Source: Octopus vulgaris (Eukaryota). From it: a stretch of DNA of 64,000 nt. The notes under the pieces were generated by a model, which did no database searches, was not told the origin of the DNA, and saw only the letters and a list, made by a program, of their open reading frames with translations. Position numbers and translations under genes: made by a program. The stretch is taken from contig OX597826.1 of NCBI GenBank assembly GCA_951406725.2, forward strand, positions 27,590,001-27,654,000, read 5' to 3'. Of this stretch, positions 31,385 through 42,210 are shown in pieces. How positions within the stretch are numbered: the stretch's first letter is position 1; each line of letters starts with the position of its first letter.

Positions 31385-31385
<1 letters not shown>
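31290..31385 (-). mobile_element. ~95-bp 3' tail of the GATA-associated LINE, subfamily B
   Basis: Matches 25892-25960. The 5' junction abuts (GATA)n; the 3' side is short TA, then CATA and GATA tracts. Confidence 0.88.
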
Positions 31386-31450
<65 letters not shown>

Positions 31451-32375
31451 CACAGACAAACATCCGTACTGACAGAGAGCTAGATAGATATACACAGACA
31501 GAGACAGACAGTCAGACAGACAGCGTGATAGATAGACAGACACACAGATAGATAGATAAAGAAAGAGAGGGGCATTCAGACAGACAAATATAAAGATAGA
31601 GAGCGTGACAGGCAGACAGGCGACAATAATTGAATGAGAAAGAGAAACAAGAGATCTTAGATAATTAAACAAAAACCAGGAGATAAAACCAAAATATCTC
31701 TTGCAAAGATAAGTATTTATACAGCCTTGTGAAATCGTATTTAATTCAATACTCGATAAATCAGCTGAATATACTCGATGTGAAATATCGGCAGTAAATA
31801 TCAGAACTGTAATTATGCTCTGCAGTTGTATAAATACAGCTGTAGTATTCGGTGCCCCCTGTATATGGGAGTACATGTGGAACACACCTAATACACGATT
31901 GGTTGGTTTTGTGAAATACTTCAAATATATAAGTGAAATTCCATTGTCAGATTTGTACACACACACACACACTGCCTCTCTCTCTATCTCCTATGTATAT
32001 CTTTATGTAATACGTATGCATTCTTACATAATCCAATGTTCGATACGCATACATGCATATATATCTACATATGTGTTATATATGCGTGTGTATATATATA
32101 TTAACACACGGTCGTACTGAAGCAACACCGTGAATGAGTGCGACTTACCAGGATATATGCACATGTTTATTTTATATGTGTGTGTATATGCATGAATGAG
32201 TGAGTGTTAAGAGGACAAAGGAAAGAAAAGGGCACTCATAACATTTAGTAGGAGCTTGATACGGTTCCTTGTGACTTAAGGTTTCGCAGCCTTCTACCAG
32301 AAGTCCCTCTTTTTGAGACTTCTGTTAAAGGTCTACAAAACCTTTACTCGGATGGAACTGTATCAAGTTGTTTTA

Positions 32376-32425
<50 letters not shown>

Positions 32426-32488
32426 TGTGTGTGTGTATGTATGTACGTATGCATGTATGTATATACGTATATATATATATATATATAT

Positions 32489-33280
32489 TGGTAAAAACGG
32501 TAAGATAACAAAAGAAAGAAAGAGACCTCAATATTATGTACATAGAGGAAATTTATCTATAAAATAATATGACCTTCAATATAGGTAAATATTTCTTAAC
32601 ACTGATAGATAGACATTTTCCAGTTAACCATACTTATAGGAAACTCTTCAATAAACACAATTTAAAAATTAGTTTTAGTTCAACTACCAGTTTTAAAAAT
32701 ATAATCACACATAAAACAAAAAAACTACAACAAGAAAACAGCTGTTCATGCAGGAATAAAAAATTGTGCCCGCTAAATGGAGCTTGCATGTCCGAGACCA
32801 TCATCTATGAAGCTACCGTGGACTCTATAACCACTAAAGACACCGTTTCGACGAAGAAATACGTGGGCCTTACAGAGGGTAATTTCAATGCCAGGTTCAA
32901 TAACCACACCTGGAGTTTTAGGCACTGGAACAAAAGAAAAGCGACAAAATTATCTAATCATATTTGGTCTTTAAAAGATAAGGGTTTTGATTATAACATC
33001 CATTGGAAGATTTTGGCCAAATGTAAGCCCTACACCAACGGCAGCGGAAAGTGCCGTCTATGCGACATGGAGAGAATGCTTATCTAGAAAAGCAGCTTAG
33101 ACCCTACTACATGTCTAAACTCAAGGACAGAACATTTCGGATCATGCCCTCATGTGACAAAATTTTTGTTACGTTTTTGGTCCCCTAAAGAAAACAGATA
33201 GAACTTGCTTTCTATATTATGTCCCAAAAGTTTTTTTTATCTCATTATACATTTTATTATAATATAAGAATGCATATATA
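32489..33280 (+). mobile_element. Penelope-like element 3' fragment encoding a GIY-YIG endonuclease (premature stop at 33087)
   Basis: LFNKHNLKISFS, CSCRNKKLCPLNGAC, IIYEATV...YVGLTEGNFNARFNNH, LSNHIWSLK, CRLC; after the stop the frame continues CLNSRTE...CPHVTKFLL. (TA)n on both sides. Confidence 0.85.
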
Positions 33281-33599
33281 TATAGACGTTTTTACTTAGT
33301 ATTTTTCCATTTTTTAGTTTTTTTTTGGGAGGGGGGGGGGCCCATATTTATATATATATATATATATTCGAGTTTTTCATATATATACACATTCATATAT
33401 TTTTTTTATATTTCACCTGTTTCAGTCATTTGGCTGCGTCAATACTGTGGCACCGCTGTACTTACTTTTTAAAGCCTAGAGCTTATTCTATCGGTCTCTT
33501 ATGCAGAACCGCTAGGTTACACCTACGTACACACCAGCACCGGCTGTCGAACGGTGGTAGGGTACAAACGCAAGCACAAGCACAAAGACACTCACACAC

Positions 33600-33635
<36 letters not shown>

Positions 33636-33769
33636 GTATGAGTCTATATATATATACGTGACGGGCTTCTTTCAGTTTCCGTCTAATCAAACAACTCACA
33701 CAGTGGGATTGAATCCGGAACATATGTGGTTGCGAATCAATCTTTTTACCTCACAGCCCGAAAGATACA

Positions 33770-34860
33770 TGTACAAAGTTATGGGGCAGAAGTTGACAGT
33801 TTACATAAAAGAAAAGAATGAAAGTATTAAGAAAAAATCAGAAATTATCAAGTAGATTATGGTAACAGTTTTCAAAATGTAGCTGCCTTTAACTTCATGA
33901 CGGCTCCGGGTAACACAGGCGTTTATCACCGTGTGCGTGGGAAGATCTTCGAAAACTTCCTTGATGCTGCACCTAACCTCGGCCTTGGTAGCTAGGCAAA
34001 GTGGTTGGCGTGTTTATCAACCACCCCACACATATATTAATCCCGGATATTATAATCGGGGGGAAAATTAGGAATCCAGAAATTGGGGCTGATGAAGTAG
34101 AAATTCTCCGACATCTTCTTATGACTCTTTTCGTCAATTTCTTCTTTTTTTCATTGTCTTTTATTCATTATTTATTTTGGTTAATATTCTCTTTATTTAT
34201 TTAAATATTTATTCGTTTATTTTTACTTACTTAGCAAGTATTGTCAAACGGTCTATTCGGGTTTGATCCCAGCATTCGTAAATTCACCCCGTACAAACCC
34301 CTCATCTCTCCAAACTTAGCTACAACCAAGGAAGATATTTGTAAGAATCAATATGCAACGAGTCTTTCATTAGTGTTGAAGAATCAATTTTTACGAATAG
34401 AGCTAATTCTTCAAGCAACACAAGTTAAAACGTTTCGTCAACAAGAAACGTGGTAGGGGAATTTCTTCCAACAAATTTTGAAAGATATCGCTTCAAAAAG
34501 TTTCAGTTTCGAGTGTTCCAGTCGGATGTAAAGGTGACAGAATTACTTCACTGAGGGAAATCATTCATCATTATGATTCAGGCAGGAACAAGGATGATAA
34601 GTTAGTAATTGGCATTGAACAGCAACACTCGTCTCCTTCTGCAACAAATATGGATTTCTGGAAGCAACTCTTTTCAACCAGAATTTTACCACTATCTCCA
34701 GCAGCTTCACGTAGACGTCTGAATTTGTCCTAAACCCTTGTTCAAAGATATGCGGCGATACGACATCATCATCACTGGAAATACAGCCAAGGACCATCAC
34801 ATTCTGGCGGGATATGGTTTTCATGATGTCCATGTGAACATCTTACAGCCTTTTCTATGT
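33770..34860 (-). mobile_element. Degenerate Tc1/mariner-superfamily transposase fragments
   Basis: VMVLGCISSDDDVVSPHIFEQGFRTNSDVYVKLLEIVVKFWLK resembles a DDE/D core; probable further remnants at 33770-34030. Confidence 0.55.
34138..34378 (+). repeat. Left arm of ~240-bp inverted repeat (partner 37943-38207)
   Basis: gtattgtcaaacggtctattcgggtttgatcccagcattcgtaaattcaccc...caaggaagatattt is reverse-complemented at the partner. Confidence 0.85.
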
Positions 34861-34924
34861 TCATGAAGCATTGAGCAGTAATCATGATGTGACCATCTTG
34901 ATACCCGGTGCTAATAATCTTTAT

Positions 34925-35233
34925 TATTTATGCGCCCTTTTCAAGCCTAGCCAGACTCATGGGCCCGGTTTCCTGGTTCTGTGGCGTATGTGATTCCCCC
35001 AGCTGGACGGGACACCACTCCATCGCAGCGTTACCCAAGAAACAGGAAGAAAGAGTGAGAGAAAGTTGGGGCGAAAGAGTACAACAGGGGTCGCCACCAC
35101 CACCTGACGGAGCCTCGTGGAGCTTTAGGTGTTTTCGTTCAATAAACACACACAACGTCCGGTCTGGGAATCGAAACCGCGATCCTCTGACTGCGAGTCT
35201 GCTGCCCTAACCACTGGGCCATTGCGCCTCCAA
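34925..35233 (-). mobile_element. tRNA-derived SINE
   Basis: Reverse strand ggaggcgcaatggcccagtggttagggcagc...ggtttcgattccc, with an A-rich tail. Confidence 0.85.
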
Positions 35234-35649
35234 TCATCGTGAGACTGCTAACATTTCTGTAATATACAGGAGGCTTCCAATCTTCTATATTTTTCCTCTA
35301 AATTGTTGACCGTTCACCAATAAATCGAACTGTCCTTGAAAAAGACAGACATAAAAAAGCGTGATATTTAGTTTGAACACCCCCGTACATAAAGTGCACA
35401 CATACACGCATTTATGTGCCTTTAAAACTTTACTGCCACGTTTCAAATTTGTATGCTCACAGACATACATATTTTTGCGTAATACATGCATTCATATCTA
35501 CTGATGCATATGACATGTATATATACATAAATAGACTTAATGACACACTCGCATGCATATGTATATATGCATATACATATACATACATTCATATACATAT
35601 ATATAATTTTGTATGTAATATAATTTTTAATCTTAGGATTTTTAAAATA

Positions 35650-35888
35650 TGTTAAGCCTCTGGTTTTAATTGATTAATATCAATTTCTATCCTCAATATT
35701 TAATTTCGCTAGCCACTACACATTCTTTATTTTCTCCCCTTGTTTCTTTCTGTGTTCCTTTATATAGAAGAGCGTAGACTCGAAACGTTAAAGTCTTTTT
35801 CACTTCCCAAACGTTAAACTAATACATCTGTTTGTTGTCTACACCACCTGTCTTCGTCTTTTGTTTTTCTTTTGGGGAATTCTCCCTA
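35650..35888 (+). mobile_element. Probable PLE terminal fragment with hammerhead-like remnant (35757-35793)
   Basis: cttt...gaagagcgtagactcGAAAcgttaaag, with a degenerate core; ends in (TA)n. A related tail lies at 55820-55950. Confidence 0.4.
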
Positions 35889-35912
35889 TATATATATATA
35901 TATATATATATA

Positions 35913-36682
35913 GGCGTAAAAGGTTGAATTAGATTCGTCCTTTACTAGGTGGTTTTCAAAAAGATTTCTGATATTGATTCTTCATATAATGCTGGTAGTT
36001 TACAGGTGTAAATTTGTGAAGATATGAAAATAATACTTGTATATGATGTGTTGTGAATTTATGGAAAGAAATCCCATAAAACTCAACAATTATGTTAGAA
36101 ATAGACAAGATAAAATGTTAAAATATATAAGAGAATTTTAATTCATACAGACGATCGTTTCGTACAGAGATATAAAGATCATTCGAATTCGTAGTTGAAA
36201 TTAATCAATTAAATTAATTAAATTAATTATATATCACTACTTTTCAGTGCAAGAAGTATAAACAAAATTTTTACAAATAGTTTGAGAAAGGAAATAGTAG
36301 AATAGAATCTAGGAGATTCATATTTATCCTTATGAGTTCAGTTAAGTATTAACTATAACTAAAGGCTATAACGCCCTAGCTGGACTTACATCTCTTTTTC
36401 GCATAAGGATAAATGTGAATCTCCTAGATTCTATTCTGCTGTTTCCTTTCTCAAGTCCTTTGTAAAAATTTTATTTATACTTCTTGCACTGAAAAGTACG
36501 GTGATATAGAATTAATTTAATTAATTTAATTAAGTAAATTCAAGCATGAATTTGCATGGTTTTTATATCTCTGTACGAAACGATCGTCTGCATGAACTAA
36601 AATTCCCTTATTTTATCTTCTCTTTTCCAGTTTTAACAAAATTGTTGAGTTTTATGGGATTTTTTTCCATAAATTCACAACA

Positions 36683-36690
<8 letters not shown>
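35913..36690 (-). mobile_element. Older foldback element (arms 36041-36334 and 36402-36690), probable PLE
   Basis: Diverged inverted arms, one-sided tail, hammerhead-like fold in each arm, (TA)n at both ends. Confidence 0.65.
36485..36592 (+). ncRNA. Degenerate type I hammerhead (core CUGAAAA instead of CUGANGA)
   Basis: tgca-CTGAAAA-gtacggtgatata...tatatctctgtac-GAAA-c-gatc-GTC-tgca. Confidence 0.55.
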
Positions 36691-36726
<36 letters not shown>

Positions 36727-37055
36727 GTGTAACAAAGATGTATAAGCATCCATTTATTACGTAATGAATTGACGCTTCTTTGTTATTCATTTATATTTTA
36801 TTCATCTACTTCGGAATCTGCACTTCAGAAGTATTATGGAAAGTATATTTATATAAAGTCCATGTCGGAACAAACAAGGGCAGATTTATTCACTATGTCG
36901 GATCATGCCATCCCCATACACAGTAAGAAAATCAGGGGAAAAAAGTCTGCCTACAGTTTGATACTCACCCGATATTATCTGAGTGTGCAAATAAGTTCGT
37001 CCTAACAAGGCGCCTCAGTTTAAGTACCTAATTCAACTGAATCTAAATTACATTT

Positions 37056-37152
<97 letters not shown>

Positions 37153-37277
37153 TATAGATAGTGTCCGATATGTATCTACACCGATATGTTTACCTTTATT
37201 CAGTGAACATGCATTCATACATACTCATATTTATGATACGTGCATATACATATTCAAACCTTTATTATCATTTTATT

Positions 37278-37580
37278 GTGGAAGCGCAATGGCCCAGTGG
37301 TTAGGGCAGCGAACGCGCGGTCATAGGATCGCGGCATCGATTCCTAGACCGCGCGTTGTGAATGTTTATTGAATGAAAACACTTAAAGCTCCACGAGGCT
37401 CCGACGGCGGAATGGTGCGAACCCTGGTCAGACTTGTCACGCTGAATGTCTCTGAGACTACATTAAGTGTATACGTGTCTGTGGAGTACTCAGCTAACTG
37501 TACGTTAATTTCACGAGCAAGCTGTTCCGTTGATTAGATCAACTGGAACCCTCGTCGTCGTAACCGACGGTGTGCCACGA
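37278..37580 (+). mobile_element. tRNA-derived SINE
   Basis: Head gtggaagcgcaatggcccagtggttagggcagc shared with 34925-35233; different body. Confidence 0.8.
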
Positions 37581-37607
37581 CGATTATTTTATCCTCAACG
37601 AAGACAA

Positions 37608-37820
37608 CGAGCTTAGCAGAAACGTTACTGCGCAGGACGAAATGCTCAGGAGAATATATTGCAGTTCTTTACCTATCGAGTTCAAATTCCACCACAACTG
37701 ATTTTGCCATGCATCCTTCCAGGGTCGATAAAATTAATATCGGTTGAGCACTGGCGTCGATGGAATGGATGACACCGCTTCCACAAAAGTTCAAACTTTG
37801 TACCTATAGTAGAAAGAACT
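37608..37820 (+). mobile_element. Degenerate SINE (ggcggcgagctggcag family)
   Basis: gcagaaacgtta...gagttcaaattcc...catccttccagggtcgataaa. Confidence 0.65.
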
Positions 37821-37942
37821 ATTATGATTAGTAGTAGTAGTAGTAGTTGTTGTTGTTTTTGTTGTAGCGACAGCTCCATGTCATAGCTATTATTTTGGCA
37901 TATTTTATGCAATAAAAAGTAGATAAAACGAGCAATAAAAAA

Positions 37943-38207
37943 CAACACTAATGAAAGGCTCATTGCATATTAACTCTTAAAAATATCTTCCTTGGTTGTA
38001 GCTAAGTTTGGAGAGGGGAGGGGTCTGTACGGGTGAATTTACGAATGCTGGGATCAAACCCGGATAGACCGTTTGACAATACCATAATCATCCGCTAGCT
38101 AAGTAAGTAAAAATAAACGAAAAAATAGATAAATAAATAATTAAATAAATAAAGAGAATATTAACCAAAAGAAATAATGAATAAAAGGCAATGAAAAAAG
38201 AAGAAAA
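37943..38207 (-). repeat. Right arm of ~240-bp inverted repeat (partner 34138-34378)
   Basis: Reverse-complement match with one ~14-bp insertion. Confidence 0.85.
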
Positions 38208-38755
38208 AACAAAGACGAATAGCCGTTCGTTTCTCTTTCTTCGATGCAGTGAGTAAGTCAACTAAACGAGTAAGAAAAACGAATAAGAATAAATAAATAT
38301 ATAAAAGTACAATGAAATAAAATGGACGAATAATGTTGAGCAAGCAACACTCAGCATGATTCATTGAAATTTTGTTGTTGGAAAAGTGGTTCATTAGAGA
38401 TATTTGTGATCGTCAGATGATCTTTGAATAGTTAAAATATATTTATAGCTCGATCAATACTGTATCGCTTTGTCTACGGAAAAACGAATAAGATAAACAG
38501 CTTCAGACGAAATTGGTTAAGTATGTTTTATAAAAGAAGGATAAAGTCGATGTAATTAAATGCTAATACATATGAAAGCTACTTTCTATGAAACAGTGAA
38601 CACTTCCGTGATTCCCTTACCAAAATTTTTGGAACGAACATCGGATTCTTGCAAAGATTCGTTAACTTCTGCATTGATATACGAGGCCAACAGAGGTGTA
38701 AGTCGTGAGCTCGTCTTCTGCACATCACCACTGGCACAAGTGCATGTAGGTAAAT

Positions 38756-38821
<66 letters not shown>

Positions 38822-38891
38822 GTATATATATATAAATATACATGATATACATATAAACTTATATATACATATATATCCATATATGTATATA

Positions 38892-38924
<33 letters not shown>

Positions 38925-39063
38925 GAACGTACCTATCTTCCTTTGTATAACCATGCATGTGCGTTTCTACACACATATACACCAGCGTGTATTAGTGCAT
39001 AACATTAAAGAGTATATAAACATGTGTGTGTATCTGCGACTGTATTTGTGTGCATATCCTTCA

Positions 39064-39102
<39 letters not shown>

Positions 39103-39103
39103 G

Positions 39104-39166
<63 letters not shown>

Positions 39167-39707
39167 CGATAGACATGCACACAACTACACATATATAGCT
39201 ATCTATCAAGAGATAGCGAATATGTATATTCTTGTGTGTAAGTTCACATGCATATGTTTGCTTTGTGTAACATGTACGTGTGCCTGCACGCGTGGTGTGA
39301 GTGTGGACGAAGAAAGAAAGATAAAAATAAAAAGAAGGAAAGAGAAAAAGCCGGGAAAAGAATTGATGGAGTAACGAGAACCAATAAGACGGAACACATG
39401 TCTTAAACAATTAACTTTCTATTATATCCAAATATTTCCTCTTCCTTTTTTCCCCCGAGGAATCTTACAATCTCTTCTTTTATCTTTATCTTTCCGTCCC
39501 TCTCTTCATTCATCAACCCCTTACGAACCTTCTTGTCGGTCGTACATCTATCCCATACAAGCTTGTATATATATTTTTTTTCTACGGCAATGCAGTTCTT
39601 GCCGCTTCTTCTATTCGCTCAGCGTTCATTTTATGTCATACATCTCTCGTTCTACCTGTCTACAGAACATCCAGGCATACAAACCCTTATTCACTCATTT
39701 CCGGACG

Positions 39708-39708
<1 letters not shown>

Positions 39709-39783
<75 letters not shown>

Positions 39784-39786
39784 GTA

Positions 39787-39831
<45 letters not shown>

Positions 39832-39844
39832 GTATGTTTGTCTG

Positions 39845-39877
<33 letters not shown>

Positions 39878-39956
39878 TTATCTATCTATCTATCTGTCTG
39901 TCTGTCTGTCTGTCTGTTTCTCTGTGTGTCTGTCTAACTGTCTGTCTGTCTATCTC

Positions 39957-39995
<39 letters not shown>

Positions 39996-40026
39996 GTCTA
40001 TCTATCTATCTATCTATCTATCTGTA

Positions 40027-40072
<46 letters not shown>
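39709..40072. repeat. (TCTA)n compound microsatellite, 5' flank of full-length LINE
   Basis: Seen directly; contains a variant block that is repeated 3' of the LINE. Confidence 0.95.
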
Positions 40073-40073
<1 letters not shown>

Positions 40074-40382
40074 TGACGGATGTGATGTCGTTTCAGCTCC
40101 GAAGGTAATCATTTATTTTGACTATTTATAGGCCAATTTTTGTGTAGATTTTTGCAAATAAGGTGTGTAAGGCAACCAACTTTCATTTGAGTGCCATTCC
40201 AAGGAGGAATTCGCCCCTAGGGGCAGTTTCGACCCCATTTCATTTCTGTTATTTTCTTCTCGACATTAGAAAATGTCTAGAAATTTTATTGTTGAACGCT
40301 GGTCGCGTTCTTTTTTGGAACAACATTTTCCTAGTCTGGAAACGACAGAGAAAAAAAGAACGTTCGCACGGAAAATGCCAAC

Positions 40383-42122
40383 GTGAAATTCGGTGAAAGG
40401 AACGCTGCAACCACGTGCGTTAACAGCCCTGTCACCAACGCCACCACCACCACTAACAACAGCAACCACGAGACAACAACTGCTACCACCACCACCTCCA
40501 CCACCACCACCACCACTACCACGACCAACATAAATGATAAAAATAAAACTGAAACGAAAACTATTGACAAAAACAACAGCAACAACAAGAACAACAATAA
40601 AAATGAACTATCTAATAGTGAAGATGCTAATACAAAAAAGTCAACAACAGTAAATTTCGCAGATATTCTTCGCCAGAAAAAGGAGATTGTTACATTCACA
40701 AATGAAGAGCTCATAGAAACAAGAGCTCTCTTTACAACCCGTGGACAAGATTTAGTCCTGCATACACCTCAACATATAAAACAAGAAATTGAAAATAAGA
40801 CAATTGTATATAAAATTATTAGAAAAAACAAAAAACCAAATGAACAGATTACAAAAACTGATGTGGAGAAATGTTTAAAAAATATAATGAAAGAAAAAGA
40901 GTATATAAACTGGGGTCCACAGTTTAACACAGTAGTGGTCCGCTTCCCTAACCAGGAAGTGGCAAAAGCTCACTCTACTGAGTCTCTGGGAAATGATGAA
41001 ATCATCATGGTCCCTTATTATAAAAACCAGAGGGTGAGTAGAATTACTATCAGAAATGTACCCCCCGATATGCCGAACAAATGGATAACAGGGGCAATCT
41101 GTTACCACTTGAAAAAGATCAATATTCTAGAAACAGCCGTGTACCTAAACGACAATTGGGGTGGAAAAACAGTAGTTGTGACCATCCAGATTGAGGGGGC
41201 CTCTATCGAGAGCCTACCCGACAAGATATACTTGGAGAATGGGCAATGCCTATATGTTATGGCAGAAGGCAAAAAGCCTAGATGCTACAAATGTGGCAGC
41301 CCCGAACATTTGATTGCCAAGTGCGATCTGGTACAGAAAAAACAAGAAAGAACAATTCAGAAAACAAATAAAATCCCTTTGTTGCCAACACCAACACCAA
41401 CACACTCAATTATGGAACAACGCCAAGAAAAACAACAAACCCCAACAACATCACCAAGAAAAACAGTACCAACACAATCACCGTTGACGTCACAACCAAT
41501 TAAACTTGTTGAATCTTCAAAAAATCGACCCACACCCACACCCAGGACGACAATTAAAAAGACAGAAAACACTGACGAGAAGACAAATGCTACCCCTAAC
41601 ACCACAACAACACAAACACCGCACAAAACATCAACAATTTATACAAGCATACATAGTGATCCTGTTCTTTTTCCTCTACCCCATACTGATACGTCGGACG
41701 ACGAAAGTTCGACGGAATGGCAAATAGCCACAGGGGGTAAAAGAAAAAGATCCAAAAAATCCACCAAACAAGGAATTAAAGCAGGGAGATATCTCACTCA
41801 GGACAACATTCCCCTAGACAATCAAAAAAGTAATGAACCCGTAAAACCACACACACAACTAACTGCAATAGACACAGACAATAAAGAATTAATGGACTAC
41901 ATCAAATCTAACATGGTCGTCTGTGAAGATGATTTTAAGACAAACAACCATCCGCACACCACACCACCGAAACACATCAGAATTTTACACATAACACAAG
42001 CACAACACCACATACTGAAAACATTATTTCCGAATGCGGTAGGCGGGTATCAACGATACCTGTCGAAAAAAACTATACAAACACCTCATCAAAAACGATA
42101 CAAAAGAAGAAGAAAAAAATGA
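40383..42122 (+). CDS. LINE ORF1p, gag-like nucleic-acid-binding protein
   Basis: 579 open codons; RRM-like segment (VVVRFPN...ITIRNVPPD), CX2CX4HX4C knuckle CYKCGSPEHLIAKC, T/P-rich linker, basic C-terminus. Start is uncertain (GTG; the ATG at 40375 is one base out of frame). Confidence 0.85.
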   Translation: MKFGERNAATTCVNSPVTNATTTTNNSNHETTTATTTTSTTTTTTTTTNINDKNKTETKTIDKNNSNNKNNNKNELSNSEDANTKKSTTVNFADILRQKKEIVTFTNEELIETRALFTTRGQDLVLHTPQHIKQEIENKTIVYKIIRKNKKPNEQITKTDVEKCLKNIMKEKEYINWGPQFNTVVVRFPNQEVAKAHSTESLGNDEIIMVPYYKNQRVSRITIRNVPPDMPNKWITGAICYHLKKINILETAVYLNDNWGGKTVVVTIQIEGASIESLPDKIYLENGQCLYVMAEGKKPRCYKCGSPEHLIAKCDLVQKKQERTIQKTNKIPLLPTPTPTHSIMEQRQEKQQTPTTSPRKTVPTQSPLTSQPIKLVESSKNRPTPTPRTTIKKTENTDEKTNATPNTTTTQTPHKTSTIYTSIHSDPVLFPLPHTDTSDDESSTEWQIATGGKRKRSKKSTKQGIKAGRYLTQDNIPLDNQKSNEPVKPHTQLTAIDTDNKELMDYIKSNMVVCEDDFKTNNHPHTTPPKHIRILHITQAQHHILKTLFPNAVGGYQRYLSKKTIQTPHQKRYKRRRKK

Positions 42123-42210
42123 AACTTTTAAAATGAGTAAGTGACCTCACTTCTTGCCTCTTGTCTCTTCTAATATAGTGTGTAAAACACAATTTTCGTA
42201 ATTGTCAAGT

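Noticed and set aside
31820-31870. Possible Tc1-like TIR (atacagggggcacc on the minus strand; similar ends near 35263 and 35385)
   Set aside because: No convincing partner TIR or transposase that I could pair with it.
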